A stretch of DNA of 64,000 bases from Candidatus Velesiimonas alkalicola (GTDB taxonomy: Bacteria; Omnitrophota; Gorgyraeia; Velesiimonadales; Velesiimonadaceae): NCBI GenBank assembly GCA_013626165.1, contig NDHX01000001.1, forward strand, positions 100,817-164,816, given 5' to 3'. Under the pieces are notes generated by a model. It saw only the letters and a program-made list of their open reading frames with translations. It ran no database searches and had not been told where the DNA came from. The translations under genes were made by a program, and so were the position numbers. This document shows positions 49,884-59,880 of the stretch, piece after piece. Each line of letters opens with the position of its first letter. The stretch's first letter is position 1.

Positions 49884-50588
49884 GTGAAAACAATAAAACT
49901 GATATTTTTAGGCCCTCCCGGTGCAGGAAAAGGGACACAGGCGGTTAATCTTGCAGTGCAATGGGAAACGCTTCATATATCCACCGGCGATATATTAAGA
50001 GAGTCTATAAAGAATAAAGAACCTTTAGGATTGAAAGCTAAAAACTATATGCTCAAAGGTGAACTTGTTCCGGATAACATTGTGATATCTATGGTGATGG
50101 AAAAAATAAGTAGCAATACCAATAATAAAGGATTTGTATTAGATGGATTTCCCAGAACATCCAATCAGGCTAAAAAACTTGATACTGTAATGGCAGATGA
50201 AGGGATAATTTTAGATGCTGTGGTGTATTTTGAAACATCTGAAGAAACTGTATTAAGGAGACTTTCCGGGAGAAGGGTGTGTAGAAATTGTGGTGCAAAT
50301 TATCATCTAACCAATATGCTTCCCAAGATTGCAGGTGTATGTGATAAATGCAAAGGCCCACTATACCATAGAGAAGATGATAAACCAGAGGCCATAAGAA
50401 AAAGGCTTGAAGTTTATAAGAATAAAACAACACCGTTATTGAATTATTATAAAAAAAGTGGTTTATTGAAAACAATAAACGGAGATTTGGAAGTCCAAGA
50501 AGCGTTTGAAGAAATAAAAAACAAGGTAACTGGTGCCTGGTGCTCTGGTGCCTGGTGCTCTGGTTTTTTAAAAGATGATACCTGTTAA
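49884..50588 (+). CDS. adk: adenylate kinase (zinc-lid type) with a repeat-encoded C-terminal tail
   Basis: GPPGAGKGTQA, the lid CRNCGANYH..CDKCKG. The last ~20 aa (VTGAWCSGAWCSGFLKDDTC) are read from the CTGGTGC array. Confidence 0.9.
   Translation: MKTIKLIFLGPPGAGKGTQAVNLAVQWETLHISTGDILRESIKNKEPLGLKAKNYMLKGELVPDNIVISMVMEKISSNTNNKGFVLDGFPRTSNQAKKLDTVMADEGIILDAVVYFETSEETVLRRLSGRRVCRNCGANYHLTNMLPKIAGVCDKCKGPLYHREDDKPEAIRKRLEVYKNKTTPLLNYYKKSGLLKTINGDLEVQEAFEEIKNKVTGAWCSGAWCSGFLKDDTC
50527..50563 (+). repeat. (CTGGTGCCTGGTGCT)x2 15-nt tandem repeat inside the adk 3' end
   Basis: ggtaactggtgcctggtgctctggtgcctggtgctctgg. The 15-nt period keeps the reading frame. Confidence 0.75.
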
Positions 50589-51348
50589 AAATAAACAGCA
50601 GATACATTTTATTGAAAATGCCTGCAAGATTGTTGTAGATACAATGAGAATGTTAAGGCATCACTTAAAACCCGGTGTAACGACCTTATATCTTGATGAA
50701 ATTGCCAATAAACATATTTGTTCTTTTGGTGCTGTTTCTGCATTTTGGGGATATAGCGGAAATGAAAAACATACAATGAAACCATATCCCGGTCATATCT
50801 GCACATCTATCAATGACGAGGTTATCCATGGAATACCCAACAACAGGGTTCTTAAAAATGGGGATATAATAAGCATAGATATTGGAGTATGTTATAAAAA
50901 CTGGTACGGGGATATGGCGTGGACATTCCCTATCGGGGATATAAGTAAAGAGACACAAAAATTATTAGATGTAACAAAACAGGCGTTGTATGCAGGAATA
51001 AAACAAGCAAGAAAAGAAAACAGGCTTTATGATATTTCAGCCGCAATACAGAATTGTGTTGAGAGAGAAAATTTCTCTGTTGTCCGACAATTTGTAGGGC
51101 ATGGTGTGGGTAAGTCTCTTCATGAGGAACCCCAGATACCAAACTTTAAAGATAAGGGCAATGGCCCGAGATTAGAACCGGGAATGGTATTTGCAATAGA
51201 GCCGATGACAAATGCAGGTGTCTCTGATGTCCTAATACTTGATGACGGCTGGACTGCTGTAACAAAGGATGGAAAGATTTCCGCACATTTTGAACATACA
51301 GTATGTATTACAGATGAAGAACCCCAAATCTTAACACAGTGGGAATAG
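50575..51348 (+). CDS. map: type I methionine aminopeptidase
   Basis: Pita-bread fold motifs. FVGHGVGKSLHEEPQIPN. Confidence 0.92.
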   Translation: MIPVKNKQQIHFIENACKIVVDTMRMLRHHLKPGVTTLYLDEIANKHICSFGAVSAFWGYSGNEKHTMKPYPGHICTSINDEVIHGIPNNRVLKNGDIISIDIGVCYKNWYGDMAWTFPIGDISKETQKLLDVTKQALYAGIKQARKENRLYDISAAIQNCVERENFSVVRQFVGHGVGKSLHEEPQIPNFKDKGNGPRLEPGMVFAIEPMTNAGVSDVLILDDGWTAVTKDGKISAHFEHTVCITDEEPQILTQWE

Positions 51349-51360
51349 TAAAAGGAATCT

Positions 51361-51576
51361 ATGCCAAAAGAAGAAGCAATTGAGGTTGAGGGCAAAATTA
51401 TAGAATCTCTTCCAAACGGGATGTTCAGGGTTGAACTTGATAATGGACATCGTTTACTTGCACACCTTAGCGGGAAGATGAGACTTAATTATATAAAACT
51501 ATTGCCGGGTGATCGTGTAAAAATGCAGGTGTCTCCTTACGACCTAAATAAGGGAAGGATAGTTTATAGAATATGA
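51361..51576 (+). CDS. infA: translation initiation factor IF-1
   Basis: [32 protein letters not shown]. Confidence 0.93.
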   Translation: MPKEEAIEVEGKIIESLPNGMFRVELDNGHRLLAHLSGKMRLNYIKLLPGDRVKMQVSPYDLNKGRIVYRI

Positions 51577-51578
51577 AA

Positions 51579-51607
51579 TAGTAGGTAGTAGGTAGGAGGT
51601 AGGGGGG
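51579..51607 (+). repeat. heptamer array (TAGTAGGTAGTAGGTAGGAGGTAGGGGGG) forming the SD of rpmJ
   Basis: Read directly. Lies between the infA stop and the rpmJ ATG. Confidence 0.65.
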
Positions 51608-51612
51608 AAGTT

Positions 51613-51726
51613 ATGAAAGTTCGATCATCAGTTAAAAGAATTTGTGAAAAATGTAAGATTGTAAGGCGTCAAGGTGTTGTAAGGGTGATATGTAAGATAC
51701 CAAAACATAAACAAAGGCAGGGATAA
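51613..51726 (+). CDS. rpmJ: 50S ribosomal protein L36
   Basis: 37 aa [37 protein letters not shown]. Below the ORF-track cutoff. Confidence 0.85.
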   Translation: MKVRSSVKRICEKCKIVRRQGVVRVICKIPKHKQRQG

Positions 51727-51777
51727 ACAATGAAACAAGATGACTGGTGCTCTGGTGCCCTATAATTGGGGGGAGAA

Positions 51778-52173
51778 ATGCCGAGAATCTCAGGTGTTGA
51801 TGTTTCAAAAGATAAAAGAATAGAAATCGGATTAATGACGATATACGGTATAGGTAGGGCTTTATCTAATCGTATATTACAGGAGGCACAGATAAATCCA
51901 GGTAAGAAAGGAAAAGAGTTATCAGCTGAAGAAGTTTCTCGCATATCTTCTATCATACAGAAGTCTTACAGGGTTGAAGGAGAATTAAGACGGGAAACAT
52001 CAGGGAATATAAAACGTCTTATGGATATAGGTTCCTACAGAGGAACGCGCCATAAAAAAGGACTTCCAGTGCGTGGCCAGAGGACTCATACAAATGCAAG
52101 GACACGCAAAGGACCTAAAAGAGGCATAAGACTGAAGAAAAAAACGGTATCAGCAGGAGCGTCAAAAACATAG
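51778..52173 (+). CDS. rpsM: 30S ribosomal protein S13
   Basis: MPRISGVD...[14 protein letters not shown]...[32 protein letters not shown]. Confidence 0.9.
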   Translation: MPRISGVDVSKDKRIEIGLMTIYGIGRALSNRILQEAQINPGKKGKELSAEEVSRISSIIQKSYRVEGELRRETSGNIKRLMDIGSYRGTRHKKGLPVRGQRTHTNARTRKGPKRGIRLKKKTVSAGASKT

Positions 52174-52311
52174 TATGTAGTAGATAGGTAAAAGATGTAT
52201 ATCGTTGTCCGTCGTACGTATACCGTATAAAGAAAAAGAAGTGGAATATAATATACGGAATACGAAATACAGGTGTTTGGGATTTGTAATTTATCAGAAA
52301 AGGGGGATTAA

Positions 52312-52749
52312 GTGGAAGAGCAACAAGAAAATTCTAAAAAAGTACACCCTGACACTCCTGGTGTAGGTGCCCAAAAAAAAGGGAAAAAGAAGATCACAAG
52401 GGTAGTAGGTAGCGGTGTTGCGCACATTCAGGCAAGTTTCAACAACACAATAATCAGTATTACAGATAAGACAGGCAATACTGTTGCGTGGGCAAGTGCA
52501 GGCAGTGCTGGTTTCAGTGGTTCAAGAAAATCTACGCCTTTTGCTGCACAGATTGCTGCAAGCCATGCAGCAAAAAAAGCGCTTGATTGTGGTGTAAAAG
52601 AAGTGGAGATTTGCGTAAAAGGTCCGGGCGCCGGAAGAGAGTCTGCTATAAGGGCTTTGCAGGCAGGCGGTCTTCATATAACAATAATAAAAGATAAAAC
52701 ACCGGTACCGCATAATGGTTGTCGTCCACCAAAAAGAAGAAGGGTGTAG
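52312..52749 (+). CDS. rpsK: 30S ribosomal protein S11
   Basis: GTG after [28 protein letters not shown]...[19 protein letters not shown]. Confidence 0.92.
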   Translation: MEEQQENSKKVHPDTPGVGAQKKGKKKITRVVGSGVAHIQASFNNTIISITDKTGNTVAWASAGSAGFSGSRKSTPFAAQIAASHAAKKALDCGVKEVEICVKGPGAGRESAIRALQAGGLHITIIKDKTPVPHNGCRPPKRRRV

Positions 52750-52767
52750 ATTACAGAGAGGGTATAA

Positions 52768-53397
52768 ATGTCAAGATATACAGGACCATCCTGTCGTCTT
52801 TGCAGAAGAGAAGGGATAAAGCTTTTCTTAAAAACATCCAGATGTACAACGGGAAAATGTGCATTTGATAGAAGACAGTATATTCCCGGACAGCATGGGA
52901 AAAAGGGGAAATCAAAATTATCTAATTATGGGTTACAACTTCGTGAGAAGCAGAAACTAAAAAGGCTGTATGGTATTGGTGAGACCCAGTTTAAGAATTA
53001 TTTTTTAAAAGCCGCAAAGAAAAGAGGTATTACAGGTGTAATGTTGTTGCAACAATTGGAGACCAGATTAGACAATGTTATATTCAGGGCATGTTTTTCA
53101 GGAACCCGTGGTGAAGCCAGGCAGATAGTAAGGCATGGCTTTGTTGTAGTTAACGACCAGAAGGTTAATATTCCTTCATTTCTTGTAAAACCGGGTGACA
53201 GATTCAAAATAGTGGGAAAGGAAAATGTTATAAACAAGGTAAAACAAACCGCAGAGATTGTTAAGTCCAGGGGAGTTCCTTCATGGCTTAATGTTCATCT
53301 TGATACACTTGAAGGGGAGGTATCAAGACCTCCGGACAGGGCTGATATTCAGGTTCCGGTTAATGAGCAGACGATAGTAGAATTATATTCTAAATAA
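52768..53397 (+). CDS. rpsD: 30S ribosomal protein S4
   Basis: [22 protein letters not shown]-terminal S4 domain. Confidence 0.93.
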   Translation: MSRYTGPSCRLCRREGIKLFLKTSRCTTGKCAFDRRQYIPGQHGKKGKSKLSNYGLQLREKQKLKRLYGIGETQFKNYFLKAAKKRGITGVMLLQQLETRLDNVIFRACFSGTRGEARQIVRHGFVVVNDQKVNIPSFLVKPGDRFKIVGKENVINKVKQTAEIVKSRGVPSWLNVHLDTLEGEVSRPPDRADIQVPVNEQTIVELYSK

Positions 53398-53423
53398 CCT
53401 ATATAACTAAAACAGGGGGAATA

Positions 53424-54407
53424 ATGGGAGTGGTCTGGAAAGGTTTTGAGATACCACAAAGACTTGAATGTGATGAGGATACATATACGTCAACATATGG
53501 AAAATTTATTGCAAAACCATTTGAAATAGGATATGGTGTAACAGTCGGCAATTCTCTAAGAAGAGTACTTCTTTCTTCGCTAGAAAGTTCGGCTGTTACA
53601 GGTGTTTGTATTGAAGGTGTTCGGCACGAATTTTCAACCATACCGGGGGTTACAGAAGAAGCTATACAGATTATACTTAACCTTAAGAAGCTTGTTTTAA
53701 AATCTCATTCTCCGAGTCCAAAACGGATTTATCTTAAAGCCCAAGGACAGAAAGAGATGTTTGCTTCTGATATTATAACAGATGAAACGATTGAAATATT
53801 GAATCCGGAACTTCACATTGCAACGCTGGGGAAAGATGCATCTTTGAATATGGAAATAGAAGTGGGAAGAGGAAGAGGATATGTTCCAGCAGAAAAAAAT
53901 AAAAAACAACATCAGCCAATAGGTTGGATTGCTGTTGATTCTGTTTTTACCCCCGTTGTAAAGGTGAATTATTTTGTGGAGAATACCCGTGTGGGTAAGG
54001 TAACGGACTATGAAAAGTTGATACTTAATATCTGGACAAACAAGGCAATTACACCGAAGGATGCAATAGTATCTGCTGCCCGAATATTACAAAGACATTT
54101 TGATATATTTACAATCTATCAGCCCGCAGAAGAGGAGAGACTTGAGGAAAAGAAAATAGATGTTGAGACAGTGGAAAAACTTCATATGTCGGTTTCTGAT
54201 CTTGAACTTTCTGTCCGAAGCACTAATTGTTTTAAAGAGGCCAATATTAAAACCATTGGAGAGCTTGTGACCAAGACCGAAGAAGAATTACTTTGTTTCA
54301 GAAATTTTGGTAAAAAGTCACTTGTAGAGATCAAAGATATATTGCAAAGCATGGGACTTTCATTGGGGATGAAAAAGGAAGAACAGGAGAATAGGTATGA
54401 GACATAG
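53424..54407 (+). CDS. rpoA: DNA-directed RNA polymerase subunit alpha
   Basis: [34 protein letters not shown]-terminal CTD. Confidence 0.95.
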   Translation: MGVVWKGFEIPQRLECDEDTYTSTYGKFIAKPFEIGYGVTVGNSLRRVLLSSLESSAVTGVCIEGVRHEFSTIPGVTEEAIQIILNLKKLVLKSHSPSPKRIYLKAQGQKEMFASDIITDETIEILNPELHIATLGKDASLNMEIEVGRGRGYVPAEKNKKQHQPIGWIAVDSVFTPVVKVNYFVENTRVGKVTDYEKLILNIWTNKAITPKDAIVSAARILQRHFDIFTIYQPAEEERLEEKKIDVETVEKLHMSVSDLELSVRSTNCFKEANIKTIGELVTKTEEELLCFRNFGKKSLVEIKDILQSMGLSLGMKKEEQENRYET

Positions 54408-54879
54408 AAAGGATAATAAAAGACTTTCACGCACCACAGGACATAGAACAGCAATGGTAAGAAATATGGCAACCAGCCTTTTTGAAAATGAAAAAATTAC
54501 AACAACTGTTCAGAAGGCAAAATTTTCAAGAAGGTTTATTGAAAAACTCATAACATTTGGAAAAAAAAATACACTTGCTGCAAGAAGAATGACTGAAAAA
54601 ATGCTTGGTAAAAAAAACATTGTCCATATGCTTTTTAGTGAAGTTGCGCCCTTATTTGCCAATAGACAGGGAGGATATACAAGAATTGTAAAAAGCAAAT
54701 TCAGGGCAGGTGATGGGGCACAATTATGTGTATTTGAACTTGTAGAAAAAAGGCAGAAGTCTATTGAACAGCCAGAGCAGGCTGTAGATAAGAAGACTGT
54801 AGAAAAACATCCCACTCAACCTACAGAAGAAAAAAAAGGTGCAATTAAAAAAATAAAGAGAATATTCCACAGAAAATAG
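54397..54879 (+). CDS. rplQ: 50S ribosomal protein L17
   Basis: [25 protein letters not shown]. The TAG stop is the first heptamer unit. Confidence 0.93.
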   Translation: MRHRKDNKRLSRTTGHRTAMVRNMATSLFENEKITTTVQKAKFSRRFIEKLITFGKKNTLAARRMTEKMLGKKNIVHMLFSEVAPLFANRQGGYTRIVKSKFRAGDGAQLCVFELVEKRQKSIEQPEQAVDKKTVEKHPTQPTEEKKGAIKKIKRIFHRK

Positions 54880-54931
54880 TAGGTGGTAGATAGTAGGTAG
54901 TAGATAGTAGATAGTAGGTGGTAGATAGTAG
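54877..54931 (+). repeat. heptamer array (TAGTAGGTGGTAGATAGTAGGTAGTAGATAGTAGATAGTAGGTGGTAGATAGTAG)
   Basis: Read directly, downstream of rplQ. Confidence 0.7.
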
Positions 54932-54974
54932 AAAAAACAAATATCAAACTGCTCGTGTGTTCTTGAGAGAAGGT

Positions 54975-56219
54975 ATGACCATAGCTGAAAAGATTTTGTC
55001 AAACCATTCAGGGAAAAGATTACGGGCTGGCGATATTGCCATATGTGGTGTAGATTTTTGTTTTTCTCAGGATGGGACAAGTTCGCTTGTTATAGATTCT
55101 TTTAAAAAATTGGATTTAAGTTTAGCAATGAAAAATAAGTTTGCTATGGTTATAGACCATTCAGCTCCGAGTCCAAACTTGGGTGTTTCAACTGTTCATA
55201 AAAAGATGAGGGATTTTGCAAGCCGAACAAACTCTATATTGTATGATGTCGGGTGCGGTGTTTGTCACAATGTAATACCGGAACAAGGGCACATCTTGCC
55301 CGGAGATCTTGTTATGGGAGCAGACTCACATACCTGCACATATGGGGCGCTTAATGTTTTTGCAACAGGTGTGGGTTCTACCGACCTTGCAGTAGTTCTT
55401 GGCACGGGGAAAAACTGGTTTAAGGTCCCTGAGTCTGTAAGAGTAAGATTAGAGGGTAATCTTCAAAAAGGGGTTTATTCAAAAGATGTAATTCTTTATA
55501 TTGCCGGAAAATTAGGAGTTGACAGTTGCACATATCAATCAATAGAGTTTGAAGGGCCTGCAATATCTGATATGAGTATTGAGGCAAGGTTCACCATTGC
55601 AAATATGGGCGTTGAACTTGGATGCGAGTGTGCACTTATGCAGGCAGATGACAGTACCATTGAATGGACTTCAAAGCATAGCAAAAGAAAACCAAGGCCT
55701 GTTTTTCCTGATAAGAATGCAAGGTATGTTCAGGAATATGTTTATAATGTCAAAGATATCCCCCCCCAAATTGCCAAACCCCATTCAGTAGATAATGTAT
55801 GTAGTATTGAAGAAGTTTTAAGTCTACCTATTCAGGTTGCATACCTTGGAACCTGTACCAACGGCAGAATTGAAGACCTGTCTATTGCTGCAAAAATATT
55901 ATCGGGTAAGAAAATTTCAAAAGATGTCCGCTTTATTATTGCTCCCGCATCAAAGGATATATACATAGAAGCAATGGAAAAAGGTATCATACAAATTTTT
56001 GTTCAAGCAGGCGCAGCAATTGTAACTCCTGGTTGTGGTCCTTGCGTTGGAACACATAACGGGATTCCTTCCGACGGAGAAAATGTCATATCAACCGCTA
56101 ATAGAAATTTTAAAGGAAGAATGGGCAATCCAGATGCTTTTATATATCTTGCATCTCCTGCAACAGTTGCTGCCTCTGCAATAGCAGGTAAAATACAGGA
56201 CCCAAGAAAAATTTTATAG
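54975..56219 (+). CDS. aconitase-family dehydratase large subunit (LeuC / homoaconitase-like, short archaeal-type form)
   Basis: MTIAEKILSNHSG..., GTCTNGR, TPGCGPCVG. No small-subunit gene is adjacent. Confidence 0.7.
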   Translation: MTIAEKILSNHSGKRLRAGDIAICGVDFCFSQDGTSSLVIDSFKKLDLSLAMKNKFAMVIDHSAPSPNLGVSTVHKKMRDFASRTNSILYDVGCGVCHNVIPEQGHILPGDLVMGADSHTCTYGALNVFATGVGSTDLAVVLGTGKNWFKVPESVRVRLEGNLQKGVYSKDVILYIAGKLGVDSCTYQSIEFEGPAISDMSIEARFTIANMGVELGCECALMQADDSTIEWTSKHSKRKPRPVFPDKNARYVQEYVYNVKDIPPQIAKPHSVDNVCSIEEVLSLPIQVAYLGTCTNGRIEDLSIAAKILSGKKISKDVRFIIAPASKDIYIEAMEKGIIQIFVQAGAAIVTPGCGPCVGTHNGIPSDGENVISTANRNFKGRMGNPDAFIYLASPATVAASAIAGKIQDPRKIL

Positions 56220-56317
56220 TTAAAAAAATTATTTTTTGTGTTTGACAAAATTTGTTTTTTTGGTACAATACCCCGACGGGTGGGGTTTAGATAGATATAG
56301 GGGAAAGATTATTCGGC

Positions 56318-58087
56318 ATGAAAAAATCCATAAGCATAGATATTGGGGCCTCTTCTGTTAAACTTATTGAACTTGCAAAGACAGGCAAAGGTATAGAAGT
56401 CTTGCGTGCAAGGATAGTTGAAATAGATGTACAGCAGATTGCAGATTCAGACGACAAGGCACGGTTACAAACCCGGTTAGTTAATGATGCAATAAGGCAA
56501 ATTCTTTCCGAAGAAAAAATTCGCAATCCTAAGGTTACAATTTCAATTTCAGGGCAGTCTTGCATAGTTCGTTCAATAAAACTTCCGAGGGTTTCCAAAC
56601 ATAAGATAGGTCAGATAGTTAAATATGAGGCTCAGCAACAGGTGCCGTTCCCGATGGACGAAGTTATCTGGGATTATGAAGTGCTATCTTCTTCATCTGC
56701 ACCAGAAACAGATGTGATACTTGTTGCGGTAAAAAAAGAAGTTATACAGGATATTATGAGTCATCTTGTATCTACAAAAGTGCCGCTGGATATTGCTATT
56801 GTGGATGCTGTTCCTGTTGCTTTATACAATGCTGTTTCACACAGAAGGTCTATTGATAGGCCGCTCATTGTTCTTGATATTGGCACGCAGGCAACAAATC
56901 TTATCATAGTTGAAAACAAGAAGATGTGGGCTCGTTCTATTCCCATGGGTGGAGAAAACACCACACATGCTATTGCTGAAAAATATAATACCAGACTCAA
57001 AGAGGCTGAAGACTTAAAAAGAAAAGAAGGTGTTTTTTTGATGGATCAGGAACAGATGGGTGTGTCTTCCACAGAACAACAGGAAATTTCCAGGACCATA
57101 AGTTTTTCATTAATGGACATTCTTTCAGAGGTTTCCCGTTCCATCGGTTTTTACAAGATACAATCTCCCGGTGTTATTTTTGGCGGGATATATCTTACAG
57201 GCGGAGGATCAAACCTGAAAGGCATTGATAAGTTTTTTGAAAAAAACCTGAATATTCCAGTCATGCCCGGTGGAATGTTTGACAGTGTCTCTGTTTCTGC
57301 TAATTGTTATAAAGATTTCAAAGAAAGAACCGATTTTTCTTGCAGGTTCTCTGTCGCCTTTGGAATGGCGCTAAGAGATATTACAGATGTTCCTATTAGT
57401 ATTAATCTTCTGCCTTCAAACTATGCTAATGCAAGACAGGTAAGACTCTCTGTGCCTTATTTTTTTATGGCTGCTGCACTTGCTGCTGGTATTATCTATA
57501 TGGGTGGACAATTTGTGAAAGTGGACAATGAACGAAAAAATTCCGAATTAAATATGTTGAAAAAAGAAAGAACTGAACTTAAAGCGCATGAAACACGCTT
57601 TAAGGAATTAAAAAGTCAGATAGAGCCACAGATTCAAAAGGTAAAATTTTTAGAAAACATTACAAAGGCAAGACAATATTGGCTTAATACAATCATTAAT
57701 ATAAACAAAGATCTTCCTCAAGAGGTGTGGATAACAAATTTTATGCCTGTATTTGAGAAGGATACGATAAAAATAAGAATGAGAGCGAAAACAGACAATT
57801 CTAACCTTCAGGGTTATGCAACCGTAAGTGAGGTTCCAAATAAGCTGTCAAAAACAGGAAGGTTTCAGGATGTTGTAATATCGGATATCTCTGAGGAGGA
57901 GGTTATACCGCAGAAAAATATTGTTTTTACAATTACAGCAGAGGTTGTAAACCCTGAACTGCAAAGGGCTATTCTTTTTGTCGCAGCAGAAGAGATAGGG
58001 GTAGCGGAAAGAGAAACAGAGGTAGGTTTTCCCGGGATGCCCCCTATGCCTGGTGAAGACAGAAGAAGAAGAGAGGATGAGTTTTAG
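56318..58087 (+). CDS. type IV pilus assembly PilM (actin-like ATPase) fused to a PilN-like TM/coiled-coil domain
   Basis: N-terminus KSISIDIGASSVKLIEL... and the PilM fold. After ~aa 350, LLPSNYANARQVRLSVPYFFMAAALAAGIIYMGG... is a PilN-type domain. Confidence 0.7.
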   Translation: MKKSISIDIGASSVKLIELAKTGKGIEVLRARIVEIDVQQIADSDDKARLQTRLVNDAIRQILSEEKIRNPKVTISISGQSCIVRSIKLPRVSKHKIGQIVKYEAQQQVPFPMDEVIWDYEVLSSSSAPETDVILVAVKKEVIQDIMSHLVSTKVPLDIAIVDAVPVALYNAVSHRRSIDRPLIVLDIGTQATNLIIVENKKMWARSIPMGGENTTHAIAEKYNTRLKEAEDLKRKEGVFLMDQEQMGVSSTEQQEISRTISFSLMDILSEVSRSIGFYKIQSPGVIFGGIYLTGGGSNLKGIDKFFEKNLNIPVMPGGMFDSVSVSANCYKDFKERTDFSCRFSVAFGMALRDITDVPISINLLPSNYANARQVRLSVPYFFMAAALAAGIIYMGGQFVKVDNERKNSELNMLKKERTELKAHETRFKELKSQIEPQIQKVKFLENITKARQYWLNTIININKDLPQEVWITNFMPVFEKDTIKIRMRAKTDNSNLQGYATVSEVPNKLSKTGRFQDVVISDISEEEVIPQKNIVFTITAEVVNPELQRAILFVAAEEIGVAERETEVGFPGMPPMPGEDRRRREDEF

Positions 58088-58088
58088 T

Positions 58089-58871
58089 ATGATAAAAAAG
58101 TACCTATTGTCTGTTGTTCTGATGCTGTTTGTAATGATTCTTCTTTTTATTTCAGTCTGGAGTGTTATTTCCCAGTTCAGACAAAAACAGATACTTACCA
58201 CTCAGATTTCAGACCTCAAGCATCAGATAGATGCAATTGGCCCTGAAAAATATTCTCCAGATGTTATCAAGATTTATCAAACAAGAATACAAGAGTCTGA
58301 AGAAATATTTAAAAGTATTGATAATTATTTTTCTAAACCCTCTATGTTTGAACCGACAGAAGTTGAAAAAAATCCCATAAGATTTATTGGAGACATGAGG
58401 GCATTTCAGGAAAGAATAAGAGCGTCTGATCTCGCAGGCATATTGCCCCCAGACCTTGGTTTTCCGAAAACTGTTCCTCCGGCAGACCAAATACCTGTTA
58501 TAATAAAAGAGTTGGAAATATGTCAAGAATTATGCAGGATATGGAGTTCGGCCGGCATCAAAAAAGTGGTTTCAATGGGTAGGCACCCTGCCAGAGAAAA
58601 GCAGATACAGGGCACGCCCTATAAGTATAAGATTTATCCATCTGTGTTTGTTGTAGAAGGCACACAATCTGATATATTGAAGATGTTGATGCTTTTAAGA
58701 GAGTCTGATTTTTTATTTGTTGTAAAAAAGATTGATATGAGTTTTATTGGGGGAATATCTCCATCTACGACGACAGGACAAAAAGAAAGTGAATTTCCGC
58801 TTATCAGTTCTAGGGTGGAACTTTTGACATATGTTTTTAGCAGGGAAGCAGGACAGACAGTTGGCCTTTAG
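58089..58871 (+). CDS. PilO-like pilus assembly protein
   Basis: N-terminal TM helix plus a coiled coil, directly after the PilM-N gene. Start at 58089 or 58077. Confidence 0.5.
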   Translation: MIKKYLLSVVLMLFVMILLFISVWSVISQFRQKQILTTQISDLKHQIDAIGPEKYSPDVIKIYQTRIQESEEIFKSIDNYFSKPSMFEPTEVEKNPIRFIGDMRAFQERIRASDLAGILPPDLGFPKTVPPADQIPVIIKELEICQELCRIWSSAGIKKVVSMGRHPAREKQIQGTPYKYKIYPSVFVVEGTQSDILKMLMLLRESDFLFVVKKIDMSFIGGISPSTTTGQKESEFPLISSRVELLTYVFSREAGQTVGL

Positions 58872-58883
58872 GAGGAAAGATTA

Positions 58884-59864
58884 ATGCAAGGTTTTATTTT
58901 ATCATTATCCTGTTATGCCAGGATGTTATTTTTCTTTCTTATTGCGCTCTCAATAGGGTCAGCAATTTTTTTGGTTATGTTGCCACGAAAGGAAAATCAA
59001 ACTTTATCTGTGGTATCTAAACCGGGCACAGAGGATGCAAAACTTTCTGATGAAGAAGAAAAAATTTTCAAGGAAATAACACTTTTTGCCGAAAGTCTAA
59101 AAAATATATCAAAAATAGAAATCCCGTTCAAAAATATATTTAATCGCCCCGAGGATGAACCTACAGTTTTAGAACCGATACTACCTGCTCTGGAATTTAT
59201 TGATATTGAAATCCACGAATTTTTAGCACAAATTTTTATTAAGGCAAAAGAAAGCCTGCCGCAGTGGCGCGGGACAATCACTATTGATGACAGGATGCTC
59301 AATGCTTTATATCCCCATGGGTTAAAAGTGAATATCAGGACGCACACAGACACACCGGTTTCAAGAGTTATACTTGATGCTATTAAAAAGACAAGACTAA
59401 CAGTTCAAAGAAGAGAGGAACAGATAATGATTGTTGAGAGGATAAAACCTGAATACACCGTAATTGATATACAACAGATACTCTATCCTTTTCGGTATGT
59501 TGGTTATATACAACAACCAGATGGGACGTTGACTGTAAATATTTCAAATGTAATAAGCTCAAAACCATTTCTCAGTGTGGGTGAAGTTTTTTCATTAAAA
59601 GATGAACGGGATGTTGTATTTGAAATAGAGAAAATAACAAAAGAGGTTATAAAGGTAGTATCAAATAAAGGAGAAAGACTTACAATGTATTTGAATCAAC
59701 CTGTTCAAAGAGATTTGTTTATTACAACCATACAGGGCCCAACAGGCGAAATTTTTAAAAATAAAAAAACAGGCGATACAATTGGATCTGGTAAAATAGT
59801 TGATGTAAAAGAAAATTATGTTATAATAGAAGAGGATTCGCAGAAGTATCAGTATAATAAATAA
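58884..59864 (+). CDS. hypothetical membrane-anchored protein (PilP-like position)
   Basis: N-terminal TM helix. Assigned by gene order only. Confidence 0.35.
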   Translation: MQGFILSLSCYARMLFFFLIALSIGSAIFLVMLPRKENQTLSVVSKPGTEDAKLSDEEEKIFKEITLFAESLKNISKIEIPFKNIFNRPEDEPTVLEPILPALEFIDIEIHEFLAQIFIKAKESLPQWRGTITIDDRMLNALYPHGLKVNIRTHTDTPVSRVILDAIKKTRLTVQRREEQIMIVERIKPEYTVIDIQQILYPFRYVGYIQQPDGTLTVNISNVISSKPFLSVGEVFSLKDERDVVFEIEKITKEVIKVVSNKGERLTMYLNQPVQRDLFITTIQGPTGEIFKNKKTGDTIGSGKIVDVKENYVIIEEDSQKYQYNK

Positions 59865-59880
59865 TTATAAAGGAGAAAGT

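Noticed and set aside
54918-54974. N-terminal 19 codons of the listed leuC-like ORF (MVDSRKNKYQ...)
   Set aside because: They are read from the heptamer array. The conserved LeuC N-terminus begins at the ATG at 54975, which has an SD.
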